Assembly: GCF_963921235.1 (NCBI RefSeq)
Contig: NC_086097.1
Location: 222,830,001 to 222,894,000 of the forward strand
Direction: 5' to 3'
Length of the DNA: 64,000 nucleotides
From: Mobula hypostoma
Lineage: Eukaryota
This document shows positions 36,790 through 49,424 of the stretch, in pieces. The notes under the pieces were generated by a model. That model saw nothing but the letters and a program-made list of their open reading frames with translations. It was not told where the DNA came from and made no database searches. The position numbers and the translations under genes were made by a program. Positions within the stretch are counted from its first letter, which is position 1. Every line of letters begins with the position of its first letter.

Positions 36790-39700
36790 GCAGATTACGC
36801 TGTTCCGGGGGAATGGATAATTGCAAATGTCACTCCGCTTTTCAGGAAGGGAGGGAGGCAGAAGAAAAGAAATTGTAAGCCAGTTAGCCTGACCTCAGTG
36901 GTTGGGAGGATGTTGTGGTCAATTGCTACGGATGTTGTTTCGGGGTACTTGCGGGCATGTGATAAAATAGGCCATAGTCAGCAAGGTTTCCTTAAGGGAA
37001 AATCTTCCCTGACAAATGGAAAGAAGTGCATGGAGTAAAGCCAGATCTAACATACAGAGAGGCTTTGAGGAAAGAGAAGCAGAATAAACAGTGTAAAAAC
37101 AGTAAGGTAGAAGGGCTGAAATGTATGTATCTCAATGCAAGAAGCATCAGGAACAAAGGTGATGAACTGAGAGCTTGGATACATACATGGAATTATGATG
37201 TAGTGGCCATTACAGAGACTTGGCTGGCACCAGGGCAGGAATGGATTCTCAATATTCCTGGATTTCAGTGCTTTAAAAGGGATAGGGAGGGCAGAAAAAG
37301 GGGAGGAGGGGTGGCATTACTGGTCAGGGATACTATTACAGCTACAGAAAGGGTGGGTAATGTAGCAGGATCCTCTTTTGAGTCAATATGGGTGGAAGTC
37401 AGGAACAGGAAGGGAGCAGTTACTCTACTGGGGGTATTCTATAGGCCCCCCTGGTAGCAGCAGAGATACAGAGGAGCAGATTGGGAGGCAGATTTTGGAA
37501 AGGTGCAAAAATAACAGGGTTGTTATCATGGGTGACTTTAACTTCCCTAATATTGATTGGCACCTGATTAGTTCCAAGGGTTTAGATGGGGCAGAATTTG
37601 TTAAGTGTGTCCAGGATGGATTCCTGTCACAGTATGTGGACAGGCCGACCAGGGGGAATGCCATACTAGATCTAGTACTAGGTAATGAACCGGGTCAGGT
37701 CACAGATCTCTCAGTGGGTGAACATCTGGGGGACAGTGACCACCGCTCCCTGGCCTTTATAATTATCATAGAAAAGGATAGAGTCAAAGAGGACAGGAAA
37801 ATTTTTAATTGAGGAAAGGCAAATTATGAGGCTATGAGGCTAGAACTTGCGGATGTGAATTGGGATGATGTTTTTGCAGGGAAATGTACTATGAACATGT
37901 GGTCGATGTTTAGAGATCTCTTGCGGGATGCAAGGGATAAATTTGTCCCGGTGAGGAAGATAAAGAATGGTAGAGTGAAGGAACCATGGGAGACAAGTGA
38001 GGTGGAAAATCTAGTCAGGAGGAAGAAGGCAGCATACATGAGGTTTAGGAAGCAAGGATCAGATAGGTCTATTGAGGAATATAGGGAAGCAAGAAAGGAG
38101 CTTAAGAAGGGGCTGAGAAGAGAAAGAAGGGGGCATGAGAAGGCCTTGGCAAGTAGGGTAAAGGAAAACCCTAAGGCATTCTTCAATTATGTGAAGAAAA
38201 AAAGGATGACAGAAGTGAAGGTAGGACCGATTAGAGATATAGGTGGGAAGATGTGCCTGGAGGCTGTGGAAGTGAGCGAGGTCCTCAATGAATACTTCTC
38301 TTCGGTATTCACCAATGAGAGGGAACTTGATGAAGGTGAGGACAATATGAGTGAGGGTGATGTTCTGGAGCATGCTGATATTAAGGGAGAGGAGATGTTG
38401 GAGTTGTTAAAATACATTAGGACAGATAAGTCCCCGGGGCCTGATGGAATATTCCCCAGGCTGCAAGAGAAGAGATTGCTGAGCCTCTGGCTAGGATCTT
38501 TATGTCCTTGTTGTCCACGGGAATGGTACCGGAGGATTGGAGGGAGGCGAATGTTGTTCCCTTGTTCAAAAAAGGTAGTAGGGATAGTCCAGGTAATTAT
38601 AGACCAGTAAGCCTTACGTCTGTGGTGGGAAAGCTGTTGGAAAAGATTCTTAGAGATAGGATCTATAGGCATTTAGAGAATCATGGTCTGATCAGGGACA
38701 GGCAGCATGGCTTTGTGAAGGGCAGATCGTGTCTAACAAGCCTGATAGAGTTCTTTGAGGAGGTGATCAAGCATATAGATGAGGGTAGTGCAGTGGATGT
38801 GATCTATATGGATTTTAGTAAGGCATTTGACAAGGTTCCACACGGTAGGCTTATTCAGAAAGTTAGAAGGCATAGGATCCAGGGAAATTTGGCCAGGTGG
38901 ATTCAGAATTGGCTTGCCTGCAGAAGGCAGAGGGTGGTGGTGGAGGGAGTTCATTCAGATTGGAGGATTGTGACTAGTGGTGTCCCACAAGGATCTGTTC
39001 TGGGACCTCTACTTTTCGTGATTTTTATTAACGACCTGGATGTGGGGGTAGAAGGGTGGTTGGAAGTTTGCAGACGACACAAAGGTTGGTGGTGTTGTAG
39101 ATAGTGTAGAGGATTGTCAAAGATTGCAGAGAGACATTGATAGGATGTAGAAGTGGGCTGAGAAGTGGCAGATGGAGTTCAACCCGGAGAAGTGTGAGGT
39201 GGTACACTTTGGAAGGACAAACTCCAAGGCAGAGTACAAAGTAAATGGCAGGATACTTGTTAGTGTGGAGGAGCAGAGGGATCTCGGGGTACATGTCCAC
39301 AGATCCCTGAAAGTTGCCTCACAGGTGGATAGGGTAGTTAAGAAACCTTATGGGGTGTTAGCTTTCATAAGTCGAGGGATAGAGTTTAAGAGTCACAATG
39401 TAATGATGCAGCTCTATAAAACTCTGGTTAGGCCACACTTGGAGTATTGTGTCCAGTTCTGGTCACCTCACTATAGGAAGGATGTGGAAGCATTGGAAAG
39501 GGTACAGAGGAGATTTACCAGGATGCTGCCTAGTTTAGAGAGTATGCATTATGATCAGAGATTAAGAGAGCTAGGGCTTTACTCTTTGGAGAGAAGGAGG
39601 ATGAGAGGAGACATGATAGAGGTGTACAAGATAATAAGAGGAATAGATAGAGTGGATAGCCAGTGCCTCTTCCCCAGGGCACCACTGCTCAATACAAGAG

Positions 39701-41140
39701 GACATGGCTTTAAGGTAAGGGGTGGGAAGTTCAAGGGGGATATTAGTGGAAGGTTTTTTACTCAGAGGGTGGTTGGTGCGTGGAATGCTCTGCCTGAGTC
39801 AGTGGTAGAGGCAGATACACTAGTGAAGTTTAAGAGACTACTAGACAGGTATATGGAGGAATCTAAGGTGGGGGCTTATATGGAAGGCAGGGTTTGAGGG
39901 TCGGCACAACATTGTGGGCCGAAGGGCCTGTACCGTGCTGTACTAGTCTATGTCTATGTTCTAAATCTGTTGGAATCTTTGAAGAAATAACAAGCAGGAT
40001 AGGCAAAGGAGAATCAGTGGATGTTGTGTACTTGGATTTTCTGAAGGCCTTTGACAAGGTGACATGAGGCCTAGGGTATTATAGGAAAGATACTAGCATA
40101 GAGCATTGGCCGAAAAGCAGCAGGGAATGAAGGGGCCTTTTCTGGTTAGCTGCCAGTGGTCCACAGGAGTCTGTGTTGGTGGGACCGATTCTTTTTACAT
40201 TATACGTCAATGATTTGGATTACGAAATTGATGGCTTTGTGGCCAAGTTTGTGAATGATATGAAGATGGGTGGAAGGGCAGGTAGTGTTGAGGAAGCAGA
40301 GAGGCTTAGATTATGAGAATGGGTAAAGAAGTGGCAGATGGAATACAGTGACAGGAAGTGTATGGTTGTGCACTTGGGTAGAAAGAATAAAAGCACAGAC
40401 TATTTTCTATATGGGGAGAAAATTCAGAAATCCCAGGTACAAAAGGATTTGGGAGTCCTCTTGCAGGATTCCCTGATGGATATTTTGCAGGTTGAATCAG
40501 TGGTGAGGAAGACGATTGCAATGTTAGCATTCATTTCAAGAGGACTTGAATATAAAAGCAAGGATGCAATGCTAAGGCTATATAAGGCACTGGAGAGGTC
40601 TCACTTGGAGTATTCTGAGCAGTTTTGGGCCCTTTATTTAAGAAAGGATACCCTGACATTGGAGAAGGTTCAGAGAGGTTCATGAGAATGATTCCGGGAA
40701 TGAAAGGGTTATCATATGAGCAGCGATTGAAGGCTCTGGGCCCGTACTCGCTGAAATTTAGAAGAATGGGAGGGGGTCTCATTGAAACCTGTCGAATGTT
40801 GAAAGGCCTAGATAAGTGGATGTAAAAAGGATGTTTCCTTTGTTGGGGGAGTCTAGGACCAGAGGGCACAGCCTCAAAATAGAGGGGCATCCATTTAGAA
40901 CAGAGTTGCGGAGGAATTTCTTTAGCTAGAGGGTGGTGAATCTGTGGAGTTTGTTGCCACAGGTGGCTGTGGAAGTCAGGTCTCTGGGTGCATTTAAGGT
41001 GGAAATTGATAGGTTCTTGATTAGTCAGGGTTTGAAAGGTTATTGGTAGAAGGCAGGAGAATGGTGTTGAGAGGAAAATGGATCAGCCATGATCCAGAGA
41101 GGACTCGATGGGCCAAATGGCCTATTTCTTTTCCTATGTC
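36790..41140 (+). mobile_element. Host CR1 RT region, split by a younger CR1
   Basis: GFLKGKSSLT(N) at 37017 resumes as (N)LLESL at 39963; continues to the 3' UTR at ~41140. Confidence 0.85.
37018..39962 (+). mobile_element. Young CR1 with almost complete ORF2 (APE endonuclease + RT), about 5 lesions
   Basis: [60 protein letters not shown]; tail (TCTATG)n; AAAT duplicated at 37014-37017 and 39963-39966. Confidence 0.95.
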
Positions 41141-42173
41141 AAAGTTGGGAGATAAATTAATATATTTAAGTTAAAGGTGATTTATGACATTATTTTGGTA
41201 TAAATCTTTAAAATGCAAAGCAAGAGAATGTGTTTTGTGCAGATATATAAAGCTTTTACAATAGGTTGTGAACTTGAAAGTGTTTTCATTTTGGTCTTGC
41301 TTAATACAGTGTAATAGGGTAAAATTCCTTCCAGGATAGTTTTGCAATATTTATCTATTAGTTTACAAGAACTGTGAATTTAATGATTTACAAGGCTTGA
41401 ATGTGAATATTTCATGTAACTCGTGAGTCTTACCAGTAATAGGCAGGATTGTTTTGTATAGGAAGTGTTTCTGATCTTTGTACTACTTTGTCTGTCAGCC
41501 ACAGCTATAGGGGAAGGAGAATACAAGTCATAATAATAAAATGTCTAAGAAATATGTAAAATTAGCCCATAAGGACTAAAGGGCTTGGCATCTAAAAAAA
41601 TAAACAAAAGTAACATTGTAGCCAAGCAAACTCTTCTGCATTAATGACAAGATGTCTTACAAATGTTTTCTTACAATTGTAGTGATCGGTCTTCAGAATC
41701 TGTCAACTGTTTTAATTCTGCCTTGCTGCAAAGTAATCCAGCCATTCCCTACCAACCCCCCACCCCACCGTGGGACATTATATTATCTAGAACACTGAAC
41801 CCTACTCCAGAGAAAGGATAGACACAGCCACTGGTAATGGTGTGTCGTGCTCTGGAATATACCATCTTTTAGATAAGACAGCTGCACTCATAGCTATTTT
41901 AAATTCCAGGTGTTATGGCCGATTTGTATCCTTCAATCAGCGTTGCTAAAACGAATTTTCGGTTTGTCATAAAGTTCTGTGCTTCTGAGATATCAAACCT
42001 GAAAGTTTGGTGAACTAGTCACATGTGCTGAGGTAGTGAAAAACTTGTTTCGAATACCATCGATACAGATGCTTGCTGTGTTCAGGCTGATTCCTTTAGG
42101 GTGTGGTGAGAGGGTGGGTGAGAGAACAAAATGGGGTAATTGTCATAGTGCAGAATGCAAAAGAAATTAATTG

Positions 42174-42812
42174 CAGACATCCCACTTCTCCCGGAAGTTC
42201 TTGGAGTCTCCCGCATATTGATAGCGGCTCCCTGATGCCCAAAAATTATATACAATATCCTGGAAATCGATTTTTTTTGAGAGGGAGAGGGAGAGCGAGA
42301 GCGAGCATCCTGATTGGTCTCTCTTCGTGCTAAGCAGACCTATCAGTTTTCTCTGTGGGCGGGCTTTACAGTCGACCTCAAAATAATGACGGTGTTGCTC
42401 GCTGCACTGTTTGCAACAGTGACTTTTCAGGTGCCTTTGGTGGGTTAAAATGTAAAAGGCATGTTGAGGTGAGTTTAACAGGTGTCATTCATTTATTAGC
42501 ATAGCTAACATTATTTAAACTAGCTGGCTAGCTGCTAAGGAGCTACTCTATTGATGTTCTACGTGATGAGGCCAAACTCCCTGTAGACTTGCTTAAAGTT
42601 GCAGTAGAATAAACATTATAATATAATATAAGTACATTTTTAATGTCACATTTTCTGCATATAATGAACTTGGTTTACAGATTAGACAAAATCACTAAAC
42701 AAAGTATTACATACACTCTTGGAGGTCGGCTTACGGGGTGGATATGGGGTTGCGGGGGGGGGGGCGGAGGTGCTACCTCCCTGAGATGAGTTTTTGCAGG
42801 GTGGGATATCTG
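42174..42812. mobile_element. Non-autonomous TIR DNA transposon (hAT-like, 6-bp TSD)
   Basis: TIR CAGACATCCCAC ... GTGGGATATCTG (11/12 match); TAATTG at 42168-42173 and 42813-42818. Confidence 0.8.
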
Positions 42813-43709
42813 TAATTGGCAGAAAGGATAGTGTAAGTTTAAAGAAAGTAACAATTACAGAAACAAAATATTTTTTTAGAGGTGTAAATGAAAGGAGTGC
42901 AATTTTTACTTGAAATTATTGAGCTGTGTTGATTTCTAGAAATCATAATGTGTTCAGCTGAAAGATGAGTCACCATTCTTCAAGTATGTGTCATACTTCA
43001 TTGCAACATCCATGGTGGGCCAGTTTGTGAACGACAGACGATTGGAAGCAAAGAGCGGAAATGTTTTGCAAGACAGTTATCCTTTCTATATTTGACCTGT
43101 CCTCTGTAGAGGAGACTGCATTGTGAGCAGATAATACAGTACAAGTCTGAAATAGTAATGTAGTGGGTGGGAAATTAAGGCCAAATAATGCTGGCTAGCT
43201 GTAAACAAAACGCTGCTGAATTTCTGGATGAAGGCTCTTCAACCTGGAACATTAATTCTGAACCCTTTTAAATACAAACATGCTGCCTGACTCCCAGTGC
43301 TTGACTGCATTTTCTGCTTTTATTTCAGATTTCCATTATTAGTGTTTGCTTTTTGATTTATAGTTTCTGGAGATGATTCATAGCTGGGGCAAAAAATAAT
43401 AATGATTGGGTCCCCTGAGGATGCATTTCTAAGAACTGAGTCCAGGATAAATCTGAGGAATGGATGGCAATTAGAATATATCTAACAATGCATTGGAAAA
43501 AAATGGAGAGATGCTCTATCTACAAAAGCAGGGTAAATTAAGATCCTGTTATCACCATATTCACCCACTCCCAAATAAGAACATAACATGAAATAGGTCA
43601 TTTGACCTCTCGTGTTTCTTGCATCATTCATTAAGGGCATGGCTGATGTTTTACCTCAGCATCACTTTCTGTACTAACCCGAAATCCTTTGATCAATGTT
43701 CAAAATTCT

Positions 43710-44135
43710 GGCCAAGATTCAAGATTGTTTATTGCCATTCTTCAGTACAAAAGTGCAAAGGAGAAGAAAATGATTGTTATTCTGGATCTGATGCAGCATT
43801 TGAAAAAAACACAATAGGCATAAAGAACATAATAAAATAAAGCAATCCTATAAAACACAATGTACAAGTAATGGTTATATAATGATTTATGTACATAAAG
43901 TGACACTAGGTGATGTGTATGTGGTGATGGTGGGAATGGTGGGGTGGGTTAATGGGTAGAGGCATCGATCAGTCTGACGACTTGGGGGAGGTAATTGTTT
44001 TCAAGTCTAGTACTCCTGGAATGGATGCTGCATAACTTCTTCCCTGATTGGAGTGAGACAAACTGTCCATAAGCAAGGTGGGTGGGACCCTTCATAATAT
44101 TGTTAGCCTATTTCTGGCACCATTCGGTGTATATT
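43710..44135 (-). mobile_element. Rex1/Babar-type 3' fragment
   Basis: Minus strand ANNIMKGPTHLAYGQFVSLQSGKKL; (TCTTGAA)n-like tail. Confidence 0.65.
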
Positions 44136-44427
44136 TCCAATTGTTGTTTCGAATATACTCAATGACTGGGCCTACACAATCCTCATCAGCAAAGAATTCC
44201 AAATGATTTCTTCCCCTCTGGTTGTATTCGGAGCAGAAATAGGCTACTCTATTCCTCATTCAATAAGATAATGGCTAATCTGATTATGACCTCATCTGTA
44301 TATTCCTATCTACCTTCAGTAATCTTTCTATCCATTGTTTATCAGAAAACTGTTTATCATGTCCTTAAAAATATTACGAATGTAACAAGCAGATTCAATA
44401 CAGGGGAAACTACAGAAGTAGTATACC

Positions 44428-45757
44428 CAACATAAGAACACAAGAAATAGGAGCAGGAGTAGGCCATTCGGCCCATCAAGCCTGCTCCGCCATTCAATAA
44501 GATCATGGCTGATCTGTCCGTAAACTCAGCTCCACCTACCTGCCTTTTCCCCATAACCCTTAATTCCCCTACTATGTAAAAATCTATCTATTTAGTGAAG
44601 AAGCCTCAACTGCTTCCCTGGGCAGAGAATTCCACAGATTCACCACTCTCTGGGAAAAACAGTTTCTCCTCATCTCTGTCCTAAATCTTCTCCCCTGAAT
44701 CTTGAGGCAATGTCCCCTAGTTCTAGTCTCACCTACTGATGGAAACAACTTTCCTACCTCTATCTTATCTAACCCTTTCAAAATTTTGTATGTTTATATA
44801 AGATCCCCTCTCATTCTTCTGAACTCCAGGGAGTACAGTTCCAGGTGACTCAATCGCTCCTCAGAGGTTAACCCCTTCATCCCTGGAGTCAACCTGTTGA
44901 ACCTCCTCTGCACTGCCTCCAAAGCCAGTATATCTTTCCTCAAGTATGGAGACCAGAACTGCCCACAGTACTCCAGGTGCAGCCTCACCAGTACCCTGTA
45001 CAGTTGCAGCATGACCTCCCTGCTCTTGAATTCAATCCCTCTAGCAATGGAGACCAACATTCCGTTTGCCTTCTTAATAACCTGCAAGCCAACTTTTTGC
45101 GATTCATGAACAAGCACTCCCAAGTCTCTCTCCACAACAGCATGTTGCAATCTTTCACCATTTAAATAATAATCTGCTCTTCTATTATTCCTTCCAAAGT
45201 GGATGATCTCGCATTTACCAACGTTGTATTCCATCTGCCAGACCTTAGCCCACTCACTTAACGTATCTCTATCCCTCTGCAGACTCTCCACATCCTCTGT
45301 ACAATTTGCTTTTCCACTCAGTTCAGTGTTATCAGCAAATTTTGCTATGCCACACTCAGTTCCCTCTTCCAAATCAATAATGTAAATGGTAAACAGCTGC
45401 AGGCCCAGCACCGACCCCTGCGGCACCCCACTCACCACTGACTGCCAACCGGAGAAACACCCATTTATACTAACTCCCTGCCTTCTATTGGTTAACCAAT
45501 CCACTATCCATGCCAATACACTTCCTCCGACTCCATGCATCCGTATCTTATTTATAAGTCTCTTGTGTAGCACCTTATCGAACGCCTTCTGGAAATCCAA
45601 GTATACGGCATCCAACTGTTTCCCCCCTATGCACTGTACTCATTATGTCCTCAAAGAACTCCAGTAAGTTTGTAAAACAGGACCTGCCCTTTCTGAATCC
45701 ATGCTGCGTCTGTCTAATGGAACCACTCCTTTCTAAATGTTTTGCTATTTCTTTCAA
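44428..45757 (-). mobile_element. CR1 RT to 3' end
   Basis: ORF 44794-45615 (273 aa): [26 protein letters not shown]. Confidence 0.93.
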
Positions 45758-46321
45758 CCTTTGAAGGAAGGCTCGAACCTTTGAATATGTTGTATTCTTA
45801 ATGTCTCAGCCTATGAAGGCAATCATATCCTACCCTGTTCTCCAGTGCCACCACTTTCAAGGAACTATGGAATTGCCCGATTGATTACCATCTCTCTTTT
45901 TATTGCCGTTGAGCAGCTGCAATGTCTGCTGTTCGTGAACATGTATTTCATCTGTTTCCTTAAGACCTTTTTTTTCTGTTACACTTCAGCTCCCTGAACA
46001 ACACAGCTCTATTTATTAAGCGCCTGCTGTCTGTTACCAGCATCATTTGAAGATGTGGCATCAGTTCCTTCACGTGCACCCCATCTCTAAATTGCCATAC
46101 TGATTTTCCAATGCACAAACTTCATTACTGGATGAGCAGGAATTTCTTCCACTTTGAAAGACCTAAACCTTCATTGTTGATTCCCACCACAGACCCCCCA
46201 CTCCCTGGAGAACTGAACTTGTCTACAGACAAGCTTATTGCCATATTTCACCCCAAATTAATTTTTAGATCTCATGTCCATATCATTTTGAAAACAACCT
46301 TTTTTTCTGAATTCTGACTCG

Positions 46322-48515
46322 ATAAGACATAGGAGCAGAATTAGGGCATCTGGCCCATCAAGTCTGCTCCACCATTCAATCATGGCTGAACCTTTTTTTC
46401 CCTCCTCCTCAACCCCAGTTCCCAGCCTTCTCCCTGTAACCTTTGATGCCATGTCCAATCAAGAACCTATCAATCTCTGCCTTAAGTACACCCAACGACC
46501 TGGCCTCCATATCTGCACGTGGCAACAAATTCCACAAATTCACCACCCTTTGGCTAAAGAAATTTCTCCGCATTTCTGTTTTGAATGGACGCCCCTCTAT
46601 CCTGAGGCTGTGCCCTCTTGTCCTAGACTCTCCTCCCATGGGAAACATCCTTTCTACACGTTTGTACATCTACTCTGTCTAGGCCTTTCAACATTTGAAA
46701 GGTTTCAATGAGATCCCCCCTCATCTTTCTGAATTCCAGTGAGTACAGACCCAGAGCCATCAAATGTTCTGTGTATGATAACCCTTACATTCCTGGAATC
46801 ATCCTTGTGAACCACCTCTGGAATCTCTCCAATGCCAGCACATCTTTATCTAAGATGAGGGGTCCAAAACTGTTCACAATACTCAAGGTGAGACCTCACC
46901 AGTGCCTTATAAAGCCTCAGCATCACATCCCTGCTCTTGTATTCTAGACCTCTTGAAATGAATGCTAACATGGCATTTGCCTTCCTCACCACTGGCTCAA
47001 CCTGCAAGTTAACCTTTTAGGGTGTTCTGCACAAGAACTTCCGAGTCCCTTTGCATCTCAGATTTTTGGATTTTCTTCCCGTTTAGAAAATAGTCCGCAC
47101 GTTTATTTCTACTACCAAAGTGCATGACCATGCATTTTCCAACATTGTATTTCATTTGCCACTTTCTTGCCCATTCTCCTAATCGGTCTAAGGCCTTCTG
47201 CTTACTATCCGTTTCCTCAACATTACCTGTCCCTCCACCAATCTTTATATCATCTGCAAACTTGGCAACAAAGACCTCTATTCCATCATCTAAACCATTT
47301 ATATACAGCATAAAAAGAAGTGGTCCCGACACCGACCCCTGCAGAACACCAAGAGTCACTGGCAGCCAACCAGAAAAGGATCCTTTTATTCCCACTCGCT
47401 GCCTCCTACCAATCAGCCAATGCTCTAACCATGTTAGTAGCTTTCCTGTAATACCATGGGCTCTTAACTTGGTAAGCAGCCTTATGTGTGGCACCTTGTC
47501 AAAGGCCTTCTGAAAGTCCAAATATACAATATCCACTGCATCCCCTTTAATCTATCCTACTTGTAATCTCCTCAAAGTATTCCAACAGGTTCGTCAAGCA
47601 GGATTTTCCCTGAAGTAAACCGTGCTGACTTTGTACTATCTTGTCCTGTGTCACCAAGTACTCCATTACCTCATCCTTAACATTTGACTCTTAACATCTT
47701 CCTAGCCACTGAAATCAGACCAACTGTTCTATAATTTCCTTTCTGCTGCCTTCCTCCTTTCTTAAAGAGTGGAGTGACATTTGCAATTTTCCAGTCCTCT
47801 GGCACCATGCCAGAGTCCAATGATTTTTGAAAGGTAATTTCTAACACTCCCACAATCTCTAATACTCCCTCTTTCAGAACCCTAGGGTGCAGTTCCTCTG
47901 GTCCAAGTGACTTGTGTACCTTTAGGTCTTTCAGCTTTTTGAGCACCTCCTCTCTTGTAACAGTAACTGCACACATTTCTCGTCCTTCACACACTATAAC
48001 GTCAGGCATACTGCTAGTGTCTTCCACAGTGAAGACTGATGCAAAATACTCATTTAGTTCACAGCCATCTCCGTGTCCCCTGTTATTATTTCTCCTGCTT
48101 CATTTTCTAGCGTTCCTATATCCACTCTCATTTCTCTTTTATTTTTAACATACTTGAAAAAACTTCTACTATCCATTTTGATATTGTTTGCTAGCTTGCT
48201 TTCATATTTCATCTTTTCCCTTCTAATTATTATTTTCGGTGCTCTCTGTAGGTTTTTAAAAACATTCCAATCCTCTATCTTCCCACTAAGTTTTGCTTTA
48301 CTCTATGTCCTTTCTTGTGTTTTTGCAATAGCTTTGACTTCCCTTGGCAGCCATGGTTGTACTATTTTACCACTTGAGTATTTCTTCATTTTTTGAATAC
48401 ACATGTCCTGCACCTTCCTCGTTTTTACCAGAAACACACGCCATTGCTGCTGTGCTGACATCCCTGCCAGCAACTCCTTCCAATTTACTTTGGCCAACTC
48501 CTCTCTCATACTCCA
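46322..48515 (-). mobile_element. CR1 ORF2 (RT to 3' end)
   Basis: ORFs 47009-47536 (KFADD), 47677-48027 and 46409-46669. Confidence 0.93.
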
Positions 48516-49294
48516 TTCTTGACTCATTACATCTGCTCACCCAAGCTTTTATCACACTTTAGCTTGATCCTGCATAGCAATTTAAAATGTTTTTTGTTAC
48601 TTTAAGAGGCAACATGTGCCTTTGGACATTGTTGACAGGTTGAATACTCCAGACCTGAACATTGAAATAGATTCAGGAATGTAAAGGTACTACATAAAAT
48701 GAATGATGTAAAATAGGAATCAAAGAACATTCCTGACTGGCCTCCCTCATTCACTGGTCCACCAACTTAGAGTGCAAATTAGGCACAGAAGCTAGAGCTT
48801 CTGGTCCACATTGGTCACTTCAAAGTTCAAAATGCATTGATTATCAAAGTACGCATACAACCTTGAGAGTCATCTCCTGACAGGCAGCCGTGAAACAAGG
48901 AAACCCCAAAGAACCCATTTTTTTAAAAAAAGACCATCAAATACCCAATGTGCAAAGGGAAAAAAATCATGCAAGCAATAAAAGCAAGTAAACAGCATTC
49001 TGAACTGAAGTCTACAAAGAGTCCATCTCCAGACCCTTAGTTCAGAGCAGATCAGCAAGCCAAACTAGCCTGTCCTTCGCCTTGGGCCCTAACACCCTGA
49101 CCTTCTCAATCTGGCCCAGTGCCTCAATCATTGTCCAAACATCGGATTCTGTCGCTTCGATTGGCTCTGGGACCTGGATCCCACCACCTTGATTTGGCCT
49201 GTACCCAACCTTTCTGATTCAGCCCGGCACTTAAGTTGATGTTTCTGTATGCTTGTAAACTCGATTAGCCTTAAAATCTTCAATTTTGGCCTCA

Positions 49295-49420
49295 GCAGTC
49301 CTTCCGAAAGATCTCTACCCGAAACATCGGCTGTACTTTTTCCCATACGTGTTGCCAGGCCTGCTGAGTTCCTCCAGTATTTTGTGTGTGTTGCTGAGAT
49401 TTCCAGCATCTGCAGATTTG
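49295..49420 (+). mobile_element. Penelope terminal fragment with degenerate hammerhead
   Basis: cagtccttccgaaagatctctacccgaaacatcggctg...ttccagcatctgcagatt. Confidence 0.7.
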
Positions 49421-49424
49421 TGAT

